A stretch of DNA of 61,607 bases, counting the filler, from Collodictyon triciliatum (taxonomy: Eukaryota), in assembly GCA_043381765.1 (NCBI GenBank). It is 6 parts of 6 records of this genome, joined end to end, with 100 filler letters (N's around TTAATTAATTAA, not from the genome) between each part and the next. Parts side by side here need not be neighbours in the genome. Positions count along the whole stretch, not along the records: positions 9,997 to 19,895 come from JBHJMP010002863.1; positions 19,996 to 29,889 come from JBHJMP010002864.1; 4 more parts are not named here. The stretch is one strand, 5' to 3'. Below the pieces are notes generated by a model. The model did not search any database and was not told the origin of the DNA. It worked only from the letters and a program-made list of their open reading frames with translations. Made by a program: the position numbers and the translations under genes. Below are positions 11,246 through 23,200 of this stretch, piece by piece; the stretch's first letter is position 1, and every line of letters starts with the position of its first letter.

Positions 11246-14200
11246 TTATAAGCAGTAATCTGCCAGCAAGGAGCGGATATTTTGGGTTGTCTGCTTCAAA
11301 GTTAGGTGGTCGTTGAGAACGAAGCGATGGGATATTCTGGCGGTATGGTTTTGTATCTGGGCTGAAGTTGGTATCTGGGAAGCCCCCGGGCTAAAGGCTA
11401 TCTCTACGCGGAAACGCCGACTGTCCGACTCTGGCACGCTTGTATTTTCAAAAAGCTTGAAGACAATCTGGCTCATGTAGTCAATCTCTGAAACTGCATT
11501 CATTTTTTCCCTCGACTCCTCCTCAACTAGCTTGGCCTTTGGGTTCCCCACATTTTAAATAAAAAATTAAAACACAATGATTGTTAGTGGAATGAATTAA
11601 CAGCACATACAATTAACTTCAATTGTCAAAAAAAAATTATTTTTTTTGATAGTAGTAAACAGACCAAGTTCTCTTTGGCGTAGAGGCGGATGACATTGAC
11701 TAAGGAATGAAGGTGGGACTCTGATGTAAAGTAGAACCGTGTTCTGGTGTGTCTGTCGATTTGATTTTCCTCTGGGTTGATAAACTCGTCTTTGGCTGCA
11801 GCTTCAAGGTCAGTGGCGATTTTTTGGAGAAGCTGTTGAATAATTCGGGAGCCAATTCGTAGCTTTTCATTCTCTGTCATCCCGTACTCTTGCGGGACAA
11901 CAAAGTCTGCAAGCACCTTTACTGTATCATACAGATCACCAAGTTTCTTGAGTTCGAGATGCCCGTTGTGGAGAAGGTCATACTTTACGCAGTCATATAT
12001 GTCCGGTATTTTTGAAATATCAAAAAAGTTCTGCATAAATTTAGATATTTATTTAAAAAATCTATAGGAAAATCAAAATCAAAATTTTAAATAGCCAGTA
12101 TAATATTGTACACGAAAGGCACATGTGGTGTGTGTTATTCTTTACTTTTATTATTATTAAGCATTCAATGTGTTGTATTGTATACCTTCCTGCGATTGTA
12201 AAATTCTCGTTCAAGCTTTTTCCAACGAGCGTGCATAAGAACTAACGTCTCTTGGTTGCATATCTGGATATCATCAACTTGACCGTCGATACGCAGGCGG
12301 CTCTCGGCAAGTTTAAGCCTTAATTGCTCCGTTATGCATGAAATCAGATTATATGTCTTCACCAACGCCCTATTGACCGAAGCAAAACATTTCAGAAAAA
12401 AATTGTAATTGAACTAATCCTGATGTAGCACACGGCAAAATGAATGATTCACCCTAATATGTGTCTCTTTTAGCACCACTTGGTCTCACCTTTTAGGGTT
12501 CTCTACATTGCTGAGAGACCTCAGGAGCGATTCAGAATTAGTGGGCACTCCTATTCTTTTACTTTCTTCATCTAATTCCTTATCTTGTGATAGGAACTCG
12601 TGTACTTTTCTTTTGACAGCCATCATATCTTCTCTAGAAGCTGATGGGTCGTCTAGTAGTTGCGTTGCAGCCTGGTCCTTTCGCACCTTGTTTGTAAGGG
12701 AAAAAGAAACTCTCACAAGTTAAACTTGGTGTCTTACCTTTCTACAAACAAAAGCAAATAATGAGCAGGAGTCTAACACATAATTTGATCTTTTTTGGAT
12801 GCGAATCTGCATGCTTTTCTATAATAGTAACTACCATGCTGACTAAGATGGGTGTAAGTTCTCCCTCGAGCTCCAAGAATCCTTTTGCAAAAGCAGCGGC
12901 TGTCATCTGAACACGCCCCTCGTCTGATGAATAAATCTTCAAATCATGACGGTAGCTGCTGTGAAGGCGAAGTAAGCCAGGAATTTCATCTGTTTAAGAA
13001 TTCATTTTTGTTTTAAATCATCAATACAAGCAATGCGTTTTTTTTTTGAACTAGTATATGAAGTATCTATGCTTAATATATAACGAAAATAATAATTTAA
13101 AATAAAATTCATTTCGTATCTTTTAATATAAGAGGGTAAAGTACATTCAAATACCTCGATACATGCTTGTGCGATATTGAGTTCCCAAGTCCATCGCCTG
13201 TCTAATCCCCGAATGTGTTAGTTCTCCGCCCCACTTTAAGATTAAAAGAGCTTCGGTTACGTAAAGTTTCGCTTCAGCACCATCCCCTCCGCGCTCCTCT
13301 ATCTTTGTTGGCTTCATCTGAACTTTTCGGTTGATTCCAGAGAAGTGATCGCCATGGTCGGCATCTCGCGATCTTCTCTCGAGCACATCTTTAATTTGAT
13401 ACAATTTCTCCTGATTGTCCTCTTCCTCGGAGCTGACATCAGAATTGGCCAAGGCTATGAGCTCTCGTGTTACGTCAAGAATGGCTTGAAGTTGGTTTGC
13501 AGACTTTAGTTTCAGTTCTTTCCTAGGATTCCCACCAAACCGATGGAAAAGGTCCAAATATTTTCTGTTTGTTACTTTGACTTTAATCTTTTGCTTCGGA
13601 GTTCGGTCTCCATGCCTAACAACTGCAATCAAGCAACGAAGCTGCTCACGGGTGGCTGGGCTTTTCTGAAGGGAGGCAAGGTCATTTGTGCTGACAAAAG
13701 ATTTTGAAAGCCTGCGCTTTTCGGCTTCAACTGGGTCGCGTTTGATGCTAAAATGCTCCAGAATAATCTCACAGAGAACCTTTTTTTTTAAAAAAAAACC
13801 ATCATGTTATCATATCGATAGAGGTTTACTCTTCCTTCAGTTCTTGATGTGTTTTCTTTTCTTTTCTTTTCTTTTCTTTTCTTTTCTTTTCTTTTCTTTT
13901 CTTTTCTTTTAATAATCACACTATTGGATTTCGATCTCCAACATAAACAATATCATTCAGAAATGGTTCAAAAGATATAATAAATTACTTGGGAACAATC
14001 ATCGTAATATTTTGGAGCATTCTTGACGAAGCTAAATCCGTTTACATCACAGACATATGACTTGTCTTCATCTCTAAGCAAATCAAATCCGCATACTGTT
14101 TGTTTGAATGCAGTGGATATCTATGACCGTTACAGTGTTGTCAGTATTCGACTCACGTAGATTCATACATAAAAAAAACTGTAATAAGATTTAAAGGGCG

Positions 14201-16225
14201 AATTGATAGGGCATTGTGGTTTCTTCTTGCATAGTAGATGAAAATGCTTCCTCTTAATACAAAATCGATAATTTCTTGGAAACCTTTCTAGCTATTTCTT
14301 TTTCCTCTGCAGACAGTAGCACTGGGTACCGCAGCTCTTTTCCAACTTTATCTCGACAGACTCGCCCGTCAACTGCAGGAGATTTCCTGGCTTCGGCATG
14401 TGCATAGTGTTGCCCAACGGCATACACCTGTTGAGGTGAAAAGAAAATGACAGAGAAAATCTTGATCATGAGACAGTTATGTATCTAATCCAAAATAAAT
14501 AAATTAAAGTGAATGAAAGGTTCGAAGCCCCATCACCAAGGAACTGTGAATGTATGGGGTTACCTTTACGTCAGTTCCGCTTGTTGAAAGAAACTCCTCA
14601 TAAATGAAAGACCCATTTCTTCTCACTGAGGAAACCTCTGGATAGAAAAGACTACTCCTATCTCCAATCTACGCGATAATTTACAGAATTGTTAGCGTTG
14701 TATGAGGGAGAGGACACCAATGTATGTCCATCATGTGATATAATAAGATTCTGAACCTTTCGAAAGAGTCTCTTGCTTCCCCCACCAGCCGCTTTGGGAT
14801 AGTATATGTAAACATTATGGTCATCTGCATCTAAAGGTTTCTCAACAAAAGGTTTCAATAGTCTGACCCCGTTCACCTAGTATCAATATTTTAAAGGAAG
14901 TTAAATGAAAGCCAGGTTTATATACCGTAAATATAACTATTAATGCCTCACATATTCAATCTATCCTCAGTTTTCTAAGGATGTGCTTCTTTGTTCTGGT
15001 TTTCTGGTATCCGAATAAATAGATACCTCAATATAGTCTTCTTGTTCACATGTGATGGGCTCAGACATCCCTGTTCCCCTGGTTACGACAACATGGCGAG
15101 GAACTGGTATCTGCAAAGTTTGTCGAGTGAAGGATTTTATTTAAAATTACAAACACCTGACTTTCTATTGAATGTCGATGGGTGGTACTGTGTATTATGT
15201 TTCATAATTATAAAATCAAGACATGGATTTAAAAACAATCATACGAACCCCATTCTGAACTAGTATTTTATAAACTGTTTCTCTATTGAATAGGTTGCAT
15301 TGTGATTCAATGTCGTTCAATAGAAGAGGTTGTCTCAGCTCTGCATATTGAATAGCCTGATTTATATAGGATGACATTAGGGTAAGATTGCGTTGATGTG
15401 TAAAACAAAATAAAAAAAGAACTATTAAATCTCAGTGATGCATCAAAACAAGTAGGATAGTATCAGGTATCACAAGAGCTGTAAAATAAGATATGCGTGT
15501 AGATGCTACAAATCTAACGTATCAATTCATATGATATATGATAAACTTCTAAGAGAAACATTATTCAGGGGGGGGGGGCTCTTTACTTTTTCAAGGGGAA
15601 AGCCGGAGGAAGCAAATGAGACGAAGCAATCGACGATGGGCCACTGCGAAACAGGCTTCTCCAGAATGAGCTCATCCGAAAACAAGATGATTTCAAAATT
15701 AGCCAAGCTTTTCAGTCTTGTCAGTATTTCAGTCATAGGAGACGAACGGGACTAATATATATGCAGCGAATGTTAGACAACCTCCTTATCGTAATTGATA
15801 TAAAATAAATGAAGAAGAAAAAAAGAGAGGGAGAGAAATACTCTGCTGAATTGCGTTTAAGACCAGACGTAGACACATGTTTTCTCTCTAGTGGGGTGCA
15901 GTGGAGAGGAAAGCCGAAACAAACAAACAAAAAAAAAAAAAACACAAACTTTCTTCTCCATGGCACAAATCCCTATCGTAATTTGGCGGTGGGACCACTT
16001 GGGCTTTGGGAGCTCGCGCGGTCGCGAAACATACGGACTGGCTCTCAACTGCGCAGTCTCTGAGACCGGCGAAGACTCGACAGCAGCATCCGACCCAGCA
16101 AAAACCTCAAAGAGCGGGGGTCGTTTGTCCTTCCCGCGGCGGTGTCTGGAGTACCAGAGAAAGGCCACTGAGGTAATCAGAGCGAAGCAAATAACTGGGG
16201 CAGCAGACTTTGCGGTGGAGTCCAT
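11246..16225 (-). CDS. PPIP5K: Inositol hexakisphosphate / diphosphoinositol pentakisphosphate kinase (PPIP5K/Vip1/VIH), ATP-grasp kinase plus histidine acid phosphatase domain; 14 exons
   Basis: Motifs [133 protein letters not shown] and [11 protein letters not shown]. All 13 introns splice in frame with GT-AG. Confidence 0.96.
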
Positions 16226-16690
16226 ACTTGCAGTGGCTGGTTATTCTGTCAATCGATTAGGTATCTTTTTTTTTTTTTGGTACTTTTGATGTTTTTGTGT
16301 GTGTGTATGTGTTGCTCTTTGCAAAGAAACATTAATAATAGTAAGATTGGTAAGAAGAGTTGCTTTGTGTGTATTTGTTTCTCTTGTATTTGATTGTTTC
16401 AGTCTTGTTGAGCTATATGCTCGGCAGGAAGTGGAAGCGATAAAACCATGTTTCGCTCATAGGGCAGCACCCGCGTTCGAGTGGCTTTTTGGCGAGAAGA
16501 TAGTCTTTCCGCTCTTTTGCAGGAAGCCTGACAAGGAAGAAAGAAAACCGCCCCTGTGTCGACGCGTGTGTTTGTGTGTCTATTTCACCGTAATTGCAAC
16601 GCAATATGTTGACTCATGCAGAAGGCGAAGAGGCGGATTGGTTTTTGTCTTTTGTGTTTGGTGTGGGAAGAAGCTGCGGAGAAGGCATCG

Positions 16691-16735
16691 TTTTATATAT
16701 AACCTGACTTGGGAACCGGCCCCGATGACGTCATC
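16691..16735. promoter_or_regulatory. TATA-like element plus perfect CRE palindrome in a divergent intergenic region
   Basis: TTTTATATATAA at 16691-16702 and GATGACGTCATC at 16724-16735, lying between PPIP5K (-) and the next gene (+). Confidence 0.45.
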
Positions 16736-16981
16736 ATCTTTGATTGAAATGGAAATAGATCAGTAGATAATGATTCCGCATTTGTGTGGAAATCGTGTGA
16801 ATCTATATCCAAATCAGGCTAATTCCTCTGAAAATTCATGCGTCTTTGGTGTCTGTGATCTGGATTGATGATCTGTGTGGCTCTGTGCGATCAGCCAGGC
16901 GAGCTGTTCAGAGTGACGGTTGCTTCTGCCTGCGACTAACCCAACGTTGGCCATAGTTTAAAAAACAATCCAAGCAGAGCG

Positions 16982-18182
16982 ATGAACAAGGCTATATTCG
17001 CAACTCTCGCCCTTTCGCTCCTGGTTTCGGGCTCCGTCTTTGGCCGGTACCGTTCATTACCAGCATTTTGATGTTGCCGAAATCATTTGAGGACTCTCCT
17101 TTCCTCTCGTTTTATTTCAGTGTGTATATTCAGTCCTTGGTCCGATTTACACTTCCGCATTGTTTTAGTAAGATCGAATGGGATGATTCTCTCGGGCTCA
17201 AGAACTTTTGTCGCTACACTAAGGCTGAGTTTTTGTACGAACGCGCTCAATGTCTCATGTTCTAACTCAAACAGCTATTTTTAAAATGTGATTCTGATAT
17301 TGGTTGGAGGACAATTGATATCTTAACCCACTCATTTGAAATTAAATGTGGTGATACTCCGAACCAATAAAAAAAAAAGGGAACGAGTTTGCAAACTTTT
17401 ACATATATTTTCTTTTTTTTTTTTCTCTTTTTCCTTTTTTTGATTCAAAGTTTCTTTGGTTTGGTTTTGTTTTGTTACGACTTTTGCTCACCTTGAAACG
17501 AACCGCCATTTGCTTTGGATTTTAGGTCTGCTTCCCCTGATGATGTTAGGGAATTTCTCGTTCGTGCGAACGACCAGTTCTGCCTCAAGATTCCAAGTAG
17601 AATGGTAAAGGCTGTTTCGGTCTCGCCGGAATATTATGGATTCACACGTGTGAACGAAACAGCAGAGACAAGCAGTGGAACCCCCGAGCATAGCCAAGGC
17701 CATATCCGCGTGCCTATCTACTCCGAGTATATACATTCTGTTCAACACTTTTCCTCAATATCTTAGCCACAGAGAGAGCACTCTTGAATGTTTGGTAACG
17801 CGGTCTGCCAGCCTAATACGCAACACCTATCTTATGTTTTTCGACAGAGCTTCCATCTGAACAAGGCTACTCCCTCCCAGTAGGAAGCAATTAGCTTCAT
17901 AAACAGCCTTGAGAGTTTGGACTGGATGAATAAAAATAGCGCCCAGAAAGATGTACAAGAGACAAGGTGGCTTCCCGTTGTGGACGGTTATCTATTAATT
18001 CTGGAAATTAAATTATAGTATATGTAATTAATTGAATGATCATCAAAGTTCTAATATTATTATTAGGAAACACCTGATAGACTGCCAATTTATGTCTTTG
18101 CAGAGAAAGCCCATTAAATGATATGACAGGACAAAGGGCAAGAAGAAGTGCAACACGAAATTCCACAAGCAGAATTTACTAA
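16982..18182 (+). CDS. Small putative secreted protein of unknown function; exon structure tentative
   Basis: Signal-peptide-like MNKAIFATLALSLLVSGSVFG, then a gtaccg donor that splices in frame to RSASPDDVREFLVRANDQFCLKIP at ~17526. Later exons and the stop are ambiguous. Confidence 0.4.
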
Positions 18183-18561
18183 GAAACTTAGATGTGGGTG
18201 AGCAGAATGTCAACAGCCACATCGTGAATGATTACATACTGGATATTTCTGACTGAATATTCAGTTAATAGGTACAGAAAAGAACGAAATGTTTTTGCCC
18301 ATATTCAGAAGCGATAATACCCATCAAGAAAGAGACTTTAAATAATCAAGACGAATTTGCCTTTGAGAGTCTACCGATAGCGCCAGTAATCCACGCTAGG
18401 CATTGGATGTGCCGCAGCCCCTTTGGATCTTGCTGTGAGCTGTCATGAGGACGAAACTGGAGTGAAACATACAAAACAGGCACCAGCGGGAGTCAATGGC
18501 CGACTGATCAGTAGCAAGCAACACAAGCAACACAAGCCTGAAACGAAAACCACTGTAGGTC

Positions 18562-19895
18562 ATGGCGAACTCAAGACTTGCGGCTGGACTGGCTTTGTGT
18601 CTGTGCCTCTGTGCGGCCGAGATGACTGTTCTGTGCGGCCTGCTCGACCCCATCTCCACGGCGCGTCCTTCATCCACTTACTTCCCGGACGCCACACACC
18701 CCAATCCTCCGAACTCGGTCTTTTCGGACGCCCTTCGTGGATTGTACGATGTCCCTTCCATTTACTGTGCTCATGCCAAACTACTTTCACCTCTCATGAA
18801 ATAGCGCTAACATCAGGATCTTGAATGCGCGTGTCGCATGTGTAGTGCCATCCAGACAAACAAGTTCTTTGGTAACTTGATGCACGGACAAGGCCTCAAC
18901 TCCGTCTTCACGCATCCGTATGCCCTCCGTGTCTCCACCACACCTAACGGCCTCAGTATTTCCCATGCTGACAACTACGTCACAGGGGGAGGTTGTATTT
19001 CCTTTCTTTTTACCTTTTTGCTTTTTTTTTTTTTTAAAAAAAAAAAACAACACTAAACATGTTCTGTTACTTGTCCATTTTTCATCATCCTAAACAGTAG
19101 ACTAAGATGGGTCTCTAGACATGTACTGACTTTTCTTATTCTTTTATTACTTTTCTTTTATATGTTGCATACAGGAACGCCTGACAGAGTTCAGTACTAC
19201 TTTCGCGTCTTTCTTACCAACATGGGCTTCGGGGCCACCGAGGGAATTTCCTCCCGCAAGGTTTTTTTTTTTCGGTGTCGAAGTTTGGAATACTCCATTT
19301 TTCTTTTTACTATAGGTCTCCGCTTTTAGTCTAGCTACTAAAATTATATTCTCTTTCCAGATGACCAGCTTTGATCTCTTCAGTGTCAACCTCCAGATGA
19401 CCTCTGGCCAAGGCTCGATCGACTTTCCCATGGTATTTATTTTCATGAGATAACTTTACATCATTTTCCCCTATATTCGAATTCGCTTTACATCATAGAA
19501 GATACTTTCAATACACATGTGCAAATGCACAGATACAAAAATACATTGGATATCGCCTCTTAATTATTGGCTAATCATACCTTCATCAGGTCCGCGGTAT
19601 GGCATATGTTACTGCGATCTACAACAGACTTACACCTGTCATCTTTACCCAACACGCCATTCTTTCTGTGAATGGTCTTAGTGTCGGCTCTGCTCCTTTC
19701 TACGGAAATAAGTATTGCGAATCCACCTTAACACCAACTGCACAATGTCTAAAAATAGTCTCAGACCAGCATACATGTGTTTCTTTGTACAGCCTAAAAC
19801 CGAATCACATAACGTTCAATAGGTTCAAGGTTGTTCTTAATAATGGTCAAACCTGGTTGATATATTTTATCAATAACGATGGAAGCCTTCCGAAT
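18562..19895 (+). CDS. Secreted glycoside hydrolase family 81 endo-1,3-beta-glucanase, N-terminal part (3' truncated at the scaffold end)
   Basis: Signal peptide MANSRLAAGLALCLCLCAA, then AIQTNKFFGNLMHGQGLNSVFTHPYAL, FPM|VRGMAYVTAIY and FKVVLNNGQTWLIY, which match GH81 N-terminal domain motifs. The catalytic domain is not in the window. Confidence 0.85.
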
Positions 19896-19995
19896 NNNNN
19901 NNNNNNNNNNNNNNNNNNNNNNNNNNNNNNNNNNNNNNNTTAATTAATTAANNNNNNNNNNNNNNNNNNNNNNNNNNNNNNNNNNNNNNNNNNNN
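19896..19995. other. Artificial scaffold-joining spacer 2
   Basis: 44 N + TTAATTAATTAA + 44 N. It cuts the GH81 gene mid-exon. Confidence 0.97.
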
Positions 19996-20078
<83 letters not shown>

Positions 20079-20094
20079 TAATAATAATAATAAT
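19996..20094. repeat. (AAT)n microsatellite
   Basis: Near-perfect trinucleotide run at the scaffold start. Confidence 0.95.
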
Positions 20095-20241
20095 CAAACA
20101 AGAGTGGTTTACAGCATACAAGTCATGGATGAAAAGTACATCGAAAGATATTATCTAGCGAGAAAAACTAGCCATTACCCAGTTGCTCATGCATCATTTC
20201 AGAAAAAAAACAAAAAGGAGGATTCTTTAGTAAGGCCGGAG

Positions 20242-23200
20242 CTAAGCCTGAAATATCTTGGCGAATGTACTCCAACGCGATGCATGAGCTTTCTCTCCAA
20301 CGCAGCACCCAATCCAGGCCATGAACTTGAGAACCGACCAGGCCAGCATCAGATAGTAGTTTCGGGTTGGAACGCTGACAAACTGAAACGGGACGATGAA
20401 GAGTAGCTTTCGGTCGGATGTATTTTGGTAGGAGTAACCCTTCTCAATCAGAGCCTATTCAATTCAGTATCGCCCTTAGTTTACGATGTAGCAAGAAAGA
20501 GAAAGAGAAAAAGAGAAAAAGAAAAAAGAAAAAAGAAAAAAGAAAAAAGAAAAAGAAAAAAGAAAAAAGAAAAAAGAAAAAAAAGAAAAAAAGAAAAAAA
20601 GAAAAAAAGAAAAAAAGAAAAAAAGAAAAAAAGAAAAAAAGAGAAAAGAAAAAAAAGAGAAAATAATCTTACCAGGCACACTTCATCGTGGATTCCACGA
20701 GCGAGGAAGTTGATGAGAGTGAGCATTCTCTCCAATCCCTTCCCGCTGAACTGCTGAAAAACGCCCTGAATACTATTTTCGATATCTGGTTTTTGGATAA
20801 AGGGGAAAAAGTAACGATTACTGGGCAACATGTCAGTGTCTTTGCATAGAAATACAGGAAAAAACATCTTGAGAGAACTTTTCACAGTGGCGATTGGTAA
20901 TGAATTTCTGTGGACACGTATTGTAACTGCCAATATTTAGTTGCTTATTTTCACATCATGTTAACCGTAATGAATCATTACCAACAGGGAACTGCTGGAA
21001 ATCAGGTATGGGTTTGTCAAACACTTGAGGCAGCAGCTCCTATATTATCAGACATGAGATGCCTTTGGTGAAAGTGCTGATATGATGCTTTTTGTACGCA
21101 AATGCCATCTCACATAGTGTAAAATCATGAAACAGACGAAGTTTGTGACAAAATAATAAAATTGCAACCTATGCATTTATTCAGCGATTGGAAAACTTAC
21201 AGAACAGCGCACAGCAAATGACTTCTTTGGTTGGTTCGGCAGTTCAGAGAAAAGAGTAGATTCAAGTGTTTCGGGTTTCTTGATGTTGAAACCAAACTGA
21301 AAAATCATACCCAAGAACTGGAGAGAAATCGAAAGAAGAAAGCGAAATGAATTGGGATTACATCACATAAAGGTTACCAAATCGACCAACACGCCATGAA
21401 TACATAGTTATAACCTGTCCGTGTGATAAAATAATAATCAGTAAGCCAGTCAATCATGTTCCAAAAACCTTCCGAGCAAGTTTTCGGTCCAGAGCCCTTT
21501 CGTTCAAATCCTTCTTATTGAACTTCTTCAGCACAAACCACAGCTTGTCCTGACTGAAAGCTGCTGGCGGGCGGGTCAGATCCTTACTACAAACATATGG
21601 TATGAGCGATTAACATAACATAACAAAATCTTTCCATGAGACTGGTATTCTAATTCTCACACGTTTTCATATTCTCGCTTCCATGAGGATGAATAATAAA
21701 ACTAACGTGTTGATTGTGGCAAAATGATCCAGCTCCAACTCGCGGCTTAGAAATGCTCCCACGATATCTTGGATGCACTGGATTGTTGCCAGGTCGGAGG
21801 GTTGGACTTTGGGCATCGTCATGGGCTTCGGCCTGTAGGCAGCATACAGTTTTTTCTACGAAAATGACATTACAAGCAAGGAAAGGGAGAGAAAACCCCA
21901 GCAAAATAATATCAGATAAGGTTGCGTGAATTAAAATTCAACAGGATATGAAATAAATAAAATTCATGTAATCACGCACTCTCGGAAGCATCATAGAACA
22001 AGAGGATGGGAACTGATTCACAATGAAGCGCAACCCAGAGTCCAGTCTGTCCTTCTTCACAAAGGCATTCTTTCTTGCAATCAGCAATAGCATCTGGTGT
22101 ATTATCATACGAGCGGTTTGCACAGACGCAGGATGAGAAATCTTTTCCGAAACTTGCTGTATATTCAACCCTGCAAGAACTCCAGGGATGGCTTGCACAA
22201 TACTTTCATGTACTTCTCTTCCGACTGCAGAAGACACCTGCATCACCATTGTGCGAGTCGCCATGTGCATGAGCTGGGCTCTAAATAAGCCTTGGTTTTG
22301 TGGTTTTGTGCTGTTGGCGTTGCCCAGAATTCCTCGGCCTAAAACGTCCTCTGGGTTTGTAATATCAGCTTTTCTTGCCATGCCCAACGCAATTTGTTGG
22401 GCGATCTGACGGGCAGAGTGAATTGAGATGCTCTGGGCTATGTCAACAGGAATCAATTGACCCATCTGCTGAGTAATTAGTTGACACAGTGCAATTGCAG
22501 CGTTCCTCTGGACTTCATCATTGATTTCTTCCTTCACACGATTCTCGACTTTATCGTGAATCTCTTGAGTTATCTTTTGGGCTATTATTTGGGAGACCAT
22601 TTTATCGTCTTTTTGTGGGGGCTGTTCCAAAGAATCAGGATTGCTTGAACCAGTATTGCCCTTCACATTGGATTGATGGTCAATTTGAGCGAGCTGGCCG
22701 TACTCGTTAATCATCCAAAAGCCATCCAACAGAGTCATGTCGCTGTTAGTGGAGAGGAAAAAAAGAAAAGAAAAGAAAAGAAAGAAAAAGTAGAATGGCA
22801 CTCTCAGTTTCAAGCGATTACCTTTTGCATCTATGAATCCATGAATCGATGAATAGTCAGAATTTTGTTTAAAATGAATACTATCGTATGTCATGAGTAA
22901 GCTCCTCGGCCCCAAGAACGACTGAATATTTCACATCTTCAATATTCTTTTCAGGTAATATGGATTCGATGGGCTGCCGACTTGTCCATAGCTCAGGTGA
23001 CTCTTCCTTAAGTTGCTACATGGTATGCCGCACATAATAGTTATTCTAAATCCTCCTCGCTACACAGAAAGTGCCCCTCCAATAAAATAAATAAATAATA
23101 AAATAATAAAATAATAAAAAAAAGAAAAAAGAAAAAAAAGGAAAAAAGGAAAAAAGGAAAAAATAAAATAATAAAAAATAAAATAATAAAAAATAAAATA

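Noticed and set aside
14519-14538. GGTTCGAAGCC..CCA resembling a tRNA T-loop/B box
   Set aside because: There is no T-stem, D-arm or acceptor-stem pairing, and it lies in an AT-rich intron.
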